Source: a virus. From it: a stretch of DNA of 64,000 nt. A program made the position numbers and the translations under genes. Below, in pieces: positions 41,360-50,912 of the stretch; within the stretch, counting starts at the first letter, position 1, and each line of letters begins with the position of its first letter. Below the pieces are notes generated by a model. That model did no database searches and was not told the DNA's origin. It saw only the letters and a program-made list of their open reading frames with translations. The stretch lies in IMG/VR virus record IMGVR_UViG_3300007538_000020, positions 30,982 through 94,981 of that record. One strand, given 5' to 3'.

Positions 41360-42549
41360 TATAACAATAACAGTTTAGAGGTTGTTTTATTTTTATATTT
41401 ATCTACTTCTTCTATTAAACATCCTGGTTGAGAATATCCAAAGTTATGTTGAGTCCATTTAGAAGAACCTACTATAGAAGGTACATTAGTATAGGAGAAT
41501 CTTTTAGCTGTTTGTTCTCCATAGGTATGTAAATCTCCTTTCTTAAAATGATTATAATAAGCATGTAGATTCTTTCTATCTATATATTCATTTATAAAAT
41601 TTTCTGTTTTATTATTTAGAATATAAGGTAAATTAGCTTTCATATCTTCAGAATCTTTTCCATGACTTAACATGAAACAATGATTACCAAAAACATAATG
41701 ATCTATAAATTTATCAAATATTTTAAATGTTACAGTTGGATATTTTATATTAAAATATGTTTTTAATACTTCAAAAGCAAAATAACCAAAATCACCAGAA
41801 TGATTATCGTTGGATACATTTAATATTGTAAAATGTTTAGCAATGTTTAACCTAATTAATTCTTCATAAAACTCTTTATGTACTTTAATATAAGTTAAAA
41901 ATTGTTCTTTGTTATTCATGTTTTGAGGAAGAGCGTGACCACCTCTGGTTGTTTGTTTATTATATCCATCTAAAGGATCTCCTAAATCAGATATAACTAA
42001 TTCATCATAATACTTATCACCATATTCTTTTTTTATTTCAGATATTATTTTAAACATTCTATTTCTAAAAGTAGTATAATCATAGTTATCAGAATAAAGA
42101 GTATCTTTTGGTAATTCTAATCCAACATGTTTATCTGCTGTCCAAATAAACAATCCTTTTTCTTTTTGTTTAGAATCGATATTTTTTTCTTGAAAAATAT
42201 TAGGACTTACATCACTTAACAATTCAAATATTTCTTCTTTAAAAGATTTCCAAAAATCTTCTGGATCCATTTCATCTTCTTTCTTTGGTTTTAAAGAATA
42301 TCTCCATTCACCATTAGGAAGTTGCCATGCGCTTTTTATTTCCAAATTATCTTCTTTTACTTCTTTTTTAACAGATTCTTTAGAACTAGAACTAGAGTTA
42401 AAGATTCTAAGAGCTTCTTCTGTTTCTTCAATACTGGCTTTAATGTTATTTTTAAAAAGAATATAACTTAATCTCTTTTTACCTTCTTTTTTATAACCAG
42501 GTTTTTCAGTCAAAAAATTTAAAATAGATTCAATTGTTTTTTGATTCAT
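41359..42549 (-). CDS. Metallophosphoesterase-like protein
   Basis: ADKHVG, LGDPLDG, NDNH, SHG and GDLH motifs. Confidence 0.7.
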   Translation of the reverse strand: MNQKTIESILNFLTEKPGYKKEGKKRLSYILFKNNIKASIEETEEALRIFNSSSSSKESVKKEVKEDNLEIKSAWQLPNGEWRYSLKPKKEDEMDPEDFWKSFKEEIFELLSDVSPNIFQEKNIDSKQKEKGLFIWTADKHVGLELPKDTLYSDNYDYTTFRNRMFKIISEIKKEYGDKYYDELVISDLGDPLDGYNKQTTRGGHALPQNMNNKEQFLTYIKVHKEFYEELIRLNIAKHFTILNVSNDNHSGDFGYFAFEVLKTYFNIKYPTVTFKIFDKFIDHYVFGNHCFMLSHGKDSEDMKANLPYILNNKTENFINEYIDRKNLHAYYNHFKKGDLHTYGEQTAKRFSYTNVPSIVGSSKWTQHNFGYSQPGCLIEEVDKYKNKTTSKLLLL

Positions 42550-42562
42550 AATTTGTTTTTTA

Positions 42563-42593
42563 CAAAAATAGATAAAATATAATGAAAATCAAA
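42563..42593 (-). promoter_or_regulatory. Bacteroidota primary-sigma promoter
   Basis: TTTG-19 nt-TATTTTTG upstream of 42549. Confidence 0.7.
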
Positions 42594-42613
42594 ATAATAT
42601 AAAAAAATCTTTT

Positions 42614-42865
42614 TTAACAATTTACTTTTGTTAATTTTTCTATTTCATCTATAATAAGATTTATTTGATCATCAGTTATACATGTATCATCTTCTACTAT
42701 ATGAGTGAATATATCAAACAACATAGTAGCATCTTCTAAATTCTGTTTATAAATATTAATACATTTGCTACCTATTTTTAAGGAATTAATATATTTGTCA
42801 TAGCTAAAATTAGCTACTTTACAAACAAGACAGCTTCTATAATTAATTAATTCTTGTTCGGTCAT
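42614..42865 (-). CDS. Small Cys-containing structural protein (tail hub candidate)
   Basis: 83 aa with CLVC; position among tail genes. Confidence 0.45.
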   Translation of the reverse strand: MTEQELINYRSCLVCKVANFSYDKYINSLKIGSKCINIYKQNLEDATMLFDIFTHIVEDDTCITDDQINLIIDEIEKLTKVNC

Positions 42866-42894
42866 AATAGTTGAAGTTAAAGGTAAAATTAATA

Positions 42895-44019
42895 TTAAGT
42901 ATCATTTCTTTCCGTTTCGAAAGTAATATCTAATTTTCCTCCTGCTGTAGTTTTAGTAGTAATTACTCTTATTTCATCACCAGGATTAAAAGTGTTATTA
43001 GAAGCAGGTGTTAAACTAAATCCTGTCCCATAAGCAGAAGCTTTAGTTATTGTAACAGTTCCCATAGAGTTACCAGAATCATCTTGAAATTCTACAGTAC
43101 CATCATCAGTAGCTTCTATTAATTTAGTTACTCTTATCTTAATTTCATCTATAGTACCTTTATAAGGCATATAATGATAATTAGTGCCTTTTTCACCTGA
43201 TTCAAAAGAAGCTGATATATATTCTCTTAATGTTCTATGAACAGCCGTTAATTTAGAAGGTTGCAACGTATTAGCAGCTACTTCATTATTTGATATAGTA
43301 GATCCAACAGAGAACGTTCCTGCTGATACTTTTACTATACCTGTAGAAGAACTAAAATCTTGACCTGTACCACCTCTTGAAGGATCTAATTGAGCCTCAC
43401 TAGATAGTGTTCCTGAACCGTTATTTATTATAACATGATCTGCTGTACCATTAGCTAATTTAGTTCTTGTTATAGCAGCTGAAGCATTAATATCAGCATC
43501 TACTATAACACCAGCAGCAATAGCTGTAACACCAGCATTAGTTATAGTTACATCACCAGTTACACTCACAGCTGACCATACACCAGAACCATTAGCTACT
43601 TGTATTTGAGCAGATGTTCCATTAGCTAATTTAGTTAATTCTATAGTGTTAATATCTATTTGAGAATTAGTAATTTTAGTTGTACCATCCCAATCTATTA
43701 TAAAATCTACATTCCAAGCAGAACCATCATATTGTGCATATATTGTAACATGTTGATCTGCTAAATCAGCAGGTAAATCTACTCCATGGAAAGATACAGT
43801 ACCAACACCACCATAAGTAGCAGCACCTCTATATTTGTATATATAAGTTAAACCTGATGTAGGAGTACCACTTTCTTGAAATATATTAGAAGTTCCAGCT
43901 CCACCTAGTGAAACTGTTCCTGTTATAAGGTAAAAAGCACTTTGTTCTGCTACTGGTATAGATATAGTTTGACCAGAAGCATTTAAAGGAAATGTAGGGT
44001 AAATATATTGTATTGCCAT
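42895..44019 (-). CDS. Tail fibre protein
   Basis: G/T/A-rich; TKLANGT repeats, VTGDVTI..GVTAI and GGTG fibre motifs. Confidence 0.72.
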   Translation of the reverse strand: MAIQYIYPTFPLNASGQTISIPVAEQSAFYLITGTVSLGGAGTSNIFQESGTPTSGLTYIYKYRGAATYGGVGTVSFHGVDLPADLADQHVTIYAQYDGSAWNVDFIIDWDGTTKITNSQIDINTIELTKLANGTSAQIQVANGSGVWSAVSVTGDVTITNAGVTAIAAGVIVDADINASAAITRTKLANGTADHVIINNGSGTLSSEAQLDPSRGGTGQDFSSSTGIVKVSAGTFSVGSTISNNEVAANTLQPSKLTAVHRTLREYISASFESGEKGTNYHYMPYKGTIDEIKIRVTKLIEATDDGTVEFQDDSGNSMGTVTITKASAYGTGFSLTPASNNTFNPGDEIRVITTKTTAGGKLDITFETERNDT

Positions 44020-44020
44020 A

Positions 44021-44575
44021 TTATATTAGTGTTTTATTTATTTTCATTGAAACAATACCTAAATCAGTACCAACAAAATTAGTAGTAGAATCTGCTACTA
44101 TAGTAATAGGAATAGGATTAGTAAAATCTAATCCAGGAATTTCAGTTACTCCAACAGGACTCCATGTTCCAATAATACCTGTTTTTTCAGCTACTAATTT
44201 CATTGTATTTGTGGAATTTTTATAGAGTTCTGCTTTTAAATTAGAATAATAACCAGCATTACCTCCATAAGAATATATTATATCTGTAATAGTAGTACCA
44301 TTAATTTTTAATGTTAATTTATATGTATCCGTATTTGATAAAGGAGCATCTAATTCACCCATAATAGATATAGATAAACCATCACCATTATCTGATAAAG
44401 TATTAGGTGGTAAATTATATGTTAGTATTGGTTGTGTTGGAGCACCTGCTGTTGTATAAACAGCAGTATTTAAGCTGTATAGTACTGTAGTACCATCAGA
44501 ACCATTAGCACCTGTTGGGCCAGTTGGTCCTTGTGTACTAGTAGATAATGTTACGTCATGACATCCGCATCCCAT
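44021..44575 (-). CDS. Fibre-associated protein with a short collagen-like segment
   Basis: MGCGC followed by GPTGPTGANGSDG. Confidence 0.6.
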   Translation of the reverse strand: MGCGCHDVTLSTSTQGPTGPTGANGSDGTTVLYSLNTAVYTTAGAPTQPILTYNLPPNTLSDNGDGLSISIMGELDAPLSNTDTYKLTLKINGTTITDIIYSYGGNAGYYSNLKAELYKNSTNTMKLVAEKTGIIGTWSPVGVTEIPGLDFTNPIPITIVADSTTNFVGTDLGIVSMKINKTLI

Positions 44576-44613
44576 AATTTTATTTATTTATTGATTGATT
44601 AATTGATTAATTA

Positions 44614-45204
44614 TTAACATCCTTTACAAGCTTCTTTAGCTAGTTTATTATTTATTAAAGTAAGATAAGAAGATACCTTAGAATTAGTTAAACAATAACC
44701 TGAATATAATAAAGCTAAATAATCTGAATATATTTCTCTTAATTTATCTCTTGAAGTATTAGAAGTACAACAGTCACAATCTAATACTTTAGCTGCTAAG
44801 TTTTTTATATTACACATTATTGTACATAAGGACATTTTAGTTACTTGGTGTTGATATACTGTTCCACCACTAGTTGTTATTTTATAAGTAAAACTGTATT
44901 TTCCATCTGCGAATTTTGTTAAACCAGCATTAACTGAACTTAGTTCTAAATCAGAAACATTTATTGTTTGTGACAAAACACTACTTGATGGAAAATTAGA
45001 TGATAAATCAATGCTGTCATAAGTTACTGAATTTAATTCATCTTTTATTATTAATTCTACTGTAGAAAAATCACTAGTTGCTGGATTAGGTGAACCATAA
45101 CCTCCTGTATTAGTTAAAGCATCATAAGCACCTGTTAACTCTGTAAATATAACAGAATCGCAGCTACAACCTAAATCTATTCTTGTGTTTAGTGATAAAC
45201 TCAT
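44614..45204 (-). CDS. Tail hub-like structural protein
   Basis: TGAY...NTGGYG.PNP and DGKYSFTY; Cys-rich C-terminus. Confidence 0.55.
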   Translation of the reverse strand: MSLSLNTRIDLGCSCDSVIFTELTGAYDALTNTGGYGSPNPATSDFSTVELIIKDELNSVTYDSIDLSSNFPSSSVLSQTINVSDLELSSVNAGLTKFADGKYSFTYKITTSGGTVYQHQVTKMSLCTIMCNIKNLAAKVLDCDCCTSNTSRDKLREIYSDYLALLYSGYCLTNSKVSSYLTLINNKLAKEACKGC

Positions 45205-45218
45205 TGTTTTAATTTTTT

Positions 45219-45249
45219 AAAAAGAAAGGGTTATATTTAATATAACCCT
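45219..45249 (-). terminator. Rho-independent terminator
   Basis: agggttatat/atataaccct stem (45227-45249) followed by a T-rich tract on the - strand. Confidence 0.7.
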
Positions 45250-45293
45250 CCCTCCTACCTTTATATGAATGAAAAGAATTGTTATTATATATA

Positions 45294-46403
45294 TTAAGTA
45301 TAAAATTGATATTCTGTATCATTACTAGGGTCTGTTACTTTATCGTATTTTAGATTCATTTGTAAAAAATTAGCTAATACTCCTGAATTTAAACTCATTT
45401 GATTAGTAAAAGGACCTTTTTGTTCTACTCTTTGAATAGTACCTTGATTATTGTCACAATCAGCTACAGTTGTCTGAGAGAATTTAGACCATTTAATAAC
45501 ACCAGAATTGTTAGCAGCTTTTAAAGTAGCACCAATATCTAAATGTATAGCTCCCATTAAACCTTCGTTATAAGGAGCGTCTACAGAAGCACCATTAAAT
45601 ATAGTAAAACTTCTTGTTTCACCTGTAGAAGATTGATTGTTACAAGTCATAGGACCATTAAAACATCTATTATCATCAAATACTCCTTCATTAAAACTAA
45701 AGTCTAAGATAGAAACTGGTGTTTGAGATAAGTTGTTTGCTATGATACCTTTGTTATTTTTAGCTAATATTTGAGAAGAATATCTAACATCATTGTTATA
45801 TATAGAACCTTCGTTTAATGTAGCATCTAATAAAGCATCACTAAATAAAACATTACCTATTACCAAGTAACTTTGATTAATACAAAGAAGTCTTGATTCA
45901 GTTACTTGATTATTAAATACACCAGGAGAACCCCATTGAAATTCATCTATTGGGCTAGGAGAGTATGATGAAGCATAATCTAAAGTTAGATCAAAACAGT
46001 TTAATTGATTATCTTTTCTATAGTAGAATAGATTAGAATCAATATCATATTTTACTTCATCAACTGATTCCAGATATCCAAAACCTAAATTTGGTGTTAA
46101 CAAATTCCAGTTAGTAGTATCTAAATCAGGGGTAGTGGAAGTATTAGTTCCTGTTAAGTTTTGAAAGTGAAGCCCATTCCAAATAGATATATCATTTATA
46201 GAAAAAGTAGAACCACTTCTCCACAAAGGATAATTGTTATAATCAGGAACTAAAAATATTGCATAGCCTTTAGATAGTAACTTACTATCAGATATAGCTT
46301 GCAACGTACAATTATAAGCATCACTTATTCTATACAATTCTCCAGGAATCAAAGAATTAGTAGATATAAGGTTAAGAATGTTACTTCTTGTATTGATTAT
46401 CAT
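45294..46403 (-). CDS. Fibre / spike-like beta-helix protein with CBM5/12-like insert
   Basis: LIPGELYRISD, W.SGSTF..ND...WNG..TP....NW, Asn-ladder repeats. Confidence 0.55.
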   Translation of the reverse strand: MIINTRSNILNLISTNSLIPGELYRISDAYNCTLQAISDSKLLSKGYAIFLVPDYNNYPLWRSGSTFSINDISIWNGLHFQNLTGTNTSTTPDLDTTNWNLLTPNLGFGYLESVDEVKYDIDSNLFYYRKDNQLNCFDLTLDYASSYSPSPIDEFQWGSPGVFNNQVTESRLLCINQSYLVIGNVLFSDALLDATLNEGSIYNNDVRYSSQILAKNNKGIIANNLSQTPVSILDFSFNEGVFDDNRCFNGPMTCNNQSSTGETRSFTIFNGASVDAPYNEGLMGAIHLDIGATLKAANNSGVIKWSKFSQTTVADCDNNQGTIQRVEQKGPFTNQMSLNSGVLANFLQMNLKYDKVTDPSNDTEYQFYT

Positions 46404-46420
46404 TTTAATTTTTTTATTTG

Positions 46421-46912
46421 TTAAAAAACTTTGCCGTCTTTAATATTTTTTTCAGGAACACCTATTGATCTAAGGTAACTAGGTACATCAAAATTAGGAC
46501 AAGTTTTAGTAGTATTATACGCTTGATAATGACCTACTATTATAATATCTGGAAATTTAGCAATTATTTCTTTTATTAGTTTTGACATAGTTGTTACTTG
46601 AGGACCTGTTCTTGTATCTAAAGGATTACCTGAATAAGATTGTCCTCCTGCATAACATATATGATATGATTTATCATTAAAAGATTTTACTCCATTTGCT
46701 ATCTCATTCCATTCAACAATGCCATTATCATCAAAACTTATTAATGTATCTAATGTTCCATCAGTTCTTATAAAATAATTATAACCTACTTTACTCCAAC
46801 CTCTACCTTGAGGTTCAGGTAAAGTATGCCATCTTTTAATATCTTCTCCAGTAATGTAATGACTTATTTTAGTGTCACTACAATGAATAAATAAGTATTT
46901 TACTTTATTCAT
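46421..46912 (-). CDS. N-acetylmuramoyl-L-alanine amidase (T7-lysozyme-like endolysin)
   Basis: FIHCS, GWSKVGY, ICYAGG, DTRT..Q, VGH and KTCPNFDV motifs. Confidence 0.9.
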   Translation of the reverse strand: MNKVKYLFIHCSDTKISHYITGEDIKRWHTLPEPQGRGWSKVGYNYFIRTDGTLDTLISFDDNGIVEWNEIANGVKSFNDKSYHICYAGGQSYSGNPLDTRTGPQVTTMSKLIKEIIAKFPDIIIVGHYQAYNTTKTCPNFDVPSYLRSIGVPEKNIKDGKVF

Positions 46913-47319
46913 TTTTTAGATTTTAATATATTGTTTTCTTTTATTACTTTATCAAGTTTTAATTCTAACTCCTCAATTTTTAAAGTAAGTGATTTATTTT
47001 GTTCTCTGTACTCATCAATTTTTAATACTAACTTTTCATTTTCTTCTTTATAAGTATCTAAATCAATTCTTAATTGTTTGATATTATCAATTAATTCAGT
47101 ATTTTCTTTTTTTTGTTCAACAAGTTTTAATTCTAATTCTTTACTAGTTCTTTCCCATATATTGATGGCTTGATTAACTCCTTCTATTTTAGTAATTAAT
47201 GTTTGAGCATCAGTTTGTTTAGAAGAAGATTTTATTTGCCTCCATTGTAGAAAATTACCTATTATAGAAGGAACAGAAATTCCACTTAGAATTAATGTAA
47301 CTATTCCTTGCCATTCCAT
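46909..47319 (-). CDS. TM + coiled-coil protein (holin candidate)
   Basis: N-terminal hydrophobic helix, long coiled coil, overlaps the amidase start. Confidence 0.5.
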   Translation of the reverse strand: MEWQGIVTLILSGISVPSIIGNFLQWRQIKSSSKQTDAQTLITKIEGVNQAINIWERTSKELELKLVEQKKENTELIDNIKQLRIDLDTYKEENEKLVLKIDEYREQNKSLTLKIEELELKLDKVIKENNILKSKK

Positions 47320-47340
47320 ATTTATGTGTTAGTTTAATTA

Positions 47341-47463
47341 TTAGAAATTATTTATTTCTGTTACAAAAGCAGTAGCCCCCGTTAGCGATATAGCCGTACC
47401 AGTCTGGTCGGATAGCGTTACCGTCATTGTATATGCGTCGTGCTGTTGTATTTCGAATATCAT
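47341..47463 (-). pseudogene. 40-aa chimeric remnant ORF (BppU-N-like start fused to a fibre gene 3' end)
   Basis: MIFEIQQHDAYTMTVTLSDQTGTAISLTGATAFVTEINNF; ATGA-coupled to the upstream nuclease; last 12 aa match the end of 48205..49617. Confidence 0.7.
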
Positions 47464-47744
47464 AACCTTATTACGTCTAGTACTTGTTCTAAGCTGTTAC
47501 ACACGTCGTATTGACCTGTCCAGTTATCTTTAAAAGGTTGTTGTGCATCCCTAAGTTTCTGTTGACTAGGGCTTTTTGCCCCGTCTTTTAATTCTATTAG
47601 GTAGTTATATTTCTTGTACCCCACTACTATGTCGGGAAACCCGTTACCGCTTTGCGAGGTTATCGCCACGGTCAAGTTGGGTACTTTGCGTAGTGCGTTT
47701 ACTATCTTCCGTTGGTTGTCGTCTATTTTAGCTGCTCTTCTCAT
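47460..47744 (-). CDS. Small PD-(D/E)xK nuclease (VRR-NUC-like)
   Basis: RRAAKIDDNQ, GFPDIVVG, LIELK and KL..Q..F...W motifs. Confidence 0.75.
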   Translation of the reverse strand: MRRAAKIDDNQRKIVNALRKVPNLTVAITSQSGNGFPDIVVGYKKYNYLIELKDGAKSPSQQKLRDAQQPFKDNWTGQYDVCNSLEQVLDVIRL

Positions 47745-48205
47745 CCTACCCTATGTAAAGCAATTTTACCAGCTATGGCGGCAGGTGTGCTGTTGCCTGT
47801 GGTATCTGTTATTACAACCTGAATCACATCATTCGCACTTAGCATAAAAATATCCACATAAGACAACTGAACAATCTGGTTATTTGTTAATTCTTGATAA
47901 CCAGTACATAAACAAGCCAATGAGCCATTCACATACACACCAAGTCTTATTATGCTTCCATTAGAACCGTCTAAACTTAGCTGTGCATTGCACTTGTACT
48001 TTCCATCTTCACCTATTACAAGGCTATCGTTAGAGTAGGTAATTCCGTTTAACTGTCCTGCACCAACAGCCCATAAGTCGCTTGTATTGTTTGTTACAAC
48101 AGCCCAATCATTTTGTGTTACGTTAATGGTTTGGTTTTGTCCACCAAATCCCATTTCACCATACTGTCCTAATTGCCATACCTGTTCTTTTGATAGCCCA
48201 CCCAT
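47741..48205 (-). CDS. C1q/TNF-like (BclA C-terminal-like) trimeric domain protein
   Basis: SLVIGEDGKYKCNAQL, VYVNG and LSANDVIQV strand pattern. Confidence 0.6.
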   Translation of the reverse strand: MGGLSKEQVWQLGQYGEMGFGGQNQTINVTQNDWAVVTNNTSDLWAVGAGQLNGITYSNDSLVIGEDGKYKCNAQLSLDGSNGSIIRLGVYVNGSLACLCTGYQELTNNQIVQLSYVDIFMLSANDVIQVVITDTTGNSTPAAIAGKIALHRVG

Positions 48206-49617
48206 TAGAAGTTGTTTATCTCTATTACGTAAGCATTAGCACCATCATGTTCTAACTCTACCCAATCTCCATTATTTCCTGTTAGGGTAATGGTTGCCAC
48301 ACCACTAGGCAGTACTATATTAGTAGCTGTTGCGGCTGCTAAAGATACAGTAAAACCAACGCCAGGACGTATTTCAAATCTTTTAGAAGTATTATCTAAA
48401 TTACTTATAGTATCTATAGTAGAATTAGAATTTATGAATACTATACCAGCAAAGTGATTTTCATCAGAAGCATCAAAATCTATTGTATTAGAATTAACTG
48501 TAAAAGTTTCTATTTTATTTGATTGAGCTACATTTATATAAACGTTAGGATTACTACTATTAAACAATAATTCAGGTTCACTAGCACCTCTTGGTATTTG
48601 TATAGTAGATCCAGAACAATTACCACTATTATCATAAGTTACTGTACCACCATAAAATATAGTATTAGAAGCATTTGATGTACCAGAACTATTAATTAAA
48701 GTAGCTTTAATTAAGCAGTTAGTAAATGTAGAAGCTTCTTCTAATGTTACATCACTAGCTTGATCTACATTACTATTATTTAATGAACTTGTTCCAGATA
48801 TATTTATATTAGAACTATTAGCATTAACATTAGTCATAGTAGCTGTATCTGCTGTATTTATTAAACTAGCTTTAGCATCAATATTAGTAAAGGTACTTGT
48901 ACTAATAGTATAATCTAAATCACAAGAATCATAAGTATTATAATTTAATACACAAGTAGCATCTGTAAAATCTGCTGTAGTTCCTATAAATGTACAGTTA
49001 TTAAACTCACCATCAAAACCAGTAGCAGTTACTTCTGAAGCATTTTCAACAGAAGTATTAATTATATTACCTTCTGCATCATCGTCAAAAGTAAATATAC
49101 TTCCTTCTTTTACAGTGTTACCGTATATTTGACATCCAGAATCAGAATTTATACAATCAAAATAACCATTGATTACTGTATTATTTAAACATAAATCATT
49201 ATTCCATTTAAATACAGCTCTTGGATCACCTGGTAGTATTGTATAAGTTATATAATCAAAGGTACAACCAATTCTATTTCCTTTATCATCTATTTCTAAT
49301 TGAACATGATCATTAGTAAAATCATATTCTATTTTATTCCATTTAGAGCCACGTTTATAATGACCTTCTAAAGCAAATTTATTAGTTTCAATAGAAACTA
49401 ACATTACATTCTTATCTGTTATAAAATATTTAACCCCTGGTACTAAAGATGATAGTGCTATTCTATTTGCTGCTTGAGCGTATGTAACATTATCAACTAA
49501 GTCACCAGAGGTTATTATAGTTGCTAAATTTCTTAAAAGTTTATTTAGTTGAACCCATATATCATATAATAGACCTACTGTAGTTGATTCCGACGTATTT
49601 TGAGATCTATATTTCAT
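48205..49617 (-). CDS. Tail fibre / spike beta-helix protein
   Basis: LVPGVKYFITD; S/T/N-rich solenoid repeats. Confidence 0.65.
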   Translation of the reverse strand: MKYRSQNTSESTTVGLLYDIWVQLNKLLRNLATIITSGDLVDNVTYAQAANRIALSSLVPGVKYFITDKNVMLVSIETNKFALEGHYKRGSKWNKIEYDFTNDHVQLEIDDKGNRIGCTFDYITYTILPGDPRAVFKWNNDLCLNNTVINGYFDCINSDSGCQIYGNTVKEGSIFTFDDDAEGNIINTSVENASEVTATGFDGEFNNCTFIGTTADFTDATCVLNYNTYDSCDLDYTISTSTFTNIDAKASLINTADTATMTNVNANSSNINISGTSSLNNSNVDQASDVTLEEASTFTNCLIKATLINSSGTSNASNTIFYGGTVTYDNSGNCSGSTIQIPRGASEPELLFNSSNPNVYINVAQSNKIETFTVNSNTIDFDASDENHFAGIVFINSNSTIDTISNLDNTSKRFEIRPGVGFTVSLAAATATNIVLPSGVATITLTGNNGDWVELEHDGANAYVIEINNF

Positions 49618-49714
49618 AATTTAAAATAAGTTATTTATTTCGATAAGTTTATCTTTAATCTTTTTTAAGTAATAATTAATTTGTTTTTGAAACAAATTCA
49701 TAACTTTCTATTTA

Positions 49715-50431
49715 TTAGAATCCAACAAAAACGTTTGCAGCAGTGCATACGTAAGTAATAGTTGCTCCAGCAGCTAAAGATACAGCGGTGTTAGCCCCTG
49801 CTCCTAAATCACCTCCAGTTGAAGGAAATACGTCAGCATCATTAGCACCTGCATTTTTAATAACAAATCTTTTACCTACTAAAGTAGTAGCTGGAAGTTT
49901 TACAGAATCTCCTGTAGTACCTACTGTACCTAGTACAGAATATTCTTTGCTTAATTCTACAGCGTTAGCTTGACCACCTGTAGCAAAAGCAGTAATACCT
50001 GTTGTTATACCATGTTGAACTACTACTCCAGCACCTGAAGTCAATTCTGATACTTCGTTAACAACTAAACCTTCTGCATCAAATTCAGCTACTTTATTTC
50101 CTGTTGAAGCAACACCTATAGTGTTAGCAGCAGAACGATAGAAGCCTGTATCAGCGTCTGTATTAAACGAAATACTAGGAGCTGTAGCTGTACCAAAACC
50201 GAATAAATTCTTTCCTATATTAGCTGTAAAAGCAGTTATTGAAGTAAAAACTACAGTAGTTCCTCCAGATAAAACATTAGCTATTAAATTCTTAATATAA
50301 ACAGTTAGATCAAATTTATCATTTACATGAGAAAATGTATCTTGAACATAACTATCTTTATTAATAAAAGCTCCTCTGACTTTACCTCCTTCATTAAGAA
50401 ATACTTTCGAACTTTGTTTTTTATTAGTCAT
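49715..50431 (-). CDS. Head or tail fibre protein
   Basis: GTATAPSISFNTDADTGFYRSAANTIG fibre motif. Confidence 0.6.
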   Translation of the reverse strand: MTNKKQSSKVFLNEGGKVRGAFINKDSYVQDTFSHVNDKFDLTVYIKNLIANVLSGGTTVVFTSITAFTANIGKNLFGFGTATAPSISFNTDADTGFYRSAANTIGVASTGNKVAEFDAEGLVVNEVSELTSGAGVVVQHGITTGITAFATGGQANAVELSKEYSVLGTVGTTGDSVKLPATTLVGKRFVIKNAGANDADVFPSTGGDLGAGANTAVSLAAGATITYVCTAANVFVGF

Positions 50432-50472
50432 TTCTTTTTTTCTTTTAAAGAGTTAAAAAGTATGTAGTAGTA

Positions 50473-50877
50473 TTAAACTACTACATACTTTACTATAACA
50501 TTAATATCACCAGCACTTGTAGTACCTACAGTAGTCATTTTTAAAAGACCTGTTTCAGCTACTTTAGTATTACCAGCAGAAGTCATTGTAGCTTCAACAC
50601 CAGTAGAGGCTAAACCCATTAAAGAGTTAAGACCTGTAAAAGCAGCTAAAGCAACAGCACCTGTAAGGTTAGTATCACTAGTTCCTGTAATAGAATCTAC
50701 AAAAAATAGATAAGAAGTACCGCCAGCTAAAGCTGTATTTTCTTGTACTACCAGATCTGTAATAACAGCTCCTTTAGGTATAATAACTTCTTCTGTTGGT
50801 GTATAAGTGGTAGCAGAAGTAATTGATGTAAAATTAGCAACTGCTACTTGTTCATTTCCTATTGTTCCTCTTGACAT
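50473..50877 (-). CDS. Capsid decoration / head-fibre-like protein
   Basis: IPKGAVI jelly-roll-like pattern; T/A/G-rich. Confidence 0.5.
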   Translation of the reverse strand: MSRGTIGNEQVAVANFTSITSATTYTPTEEVIIPKGAVITDLVVQENTALAGGTSYLFFVDSITGTSDTNLTGAVALAAFTGLNSLMGLASTGVEATMTSAGNTKVAETGLLKMTTVGTTSAGDINVIVKYVVV

Positions 50878-50912
50878 GTTTTTTTATATTTTTATATTTT
50901 TTAAAAAATTAA

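Noticed and set aside
43448-43636. 18-bp direct repeat ccattagctaatttagtt as CRISPR or att site
   Set aside because: Only two in-frame copies, encoding the TKLANG fibre repeat.
47341-48243. DGR template/variable repeat pair or transposon target-site duplication
   Set aside because: The repeat is only 39 nt, the mismatches are largely synonymous and not adenine-specific, and there is no reverse transcriptase or transposase in the window.
49678-49698. Inverted repeat aatttgttt-ttg-aaacaaatt as a terminator
   Set aside because: The stem is almost all A/T with no clear U tract; it could be an operator but is unsupported.
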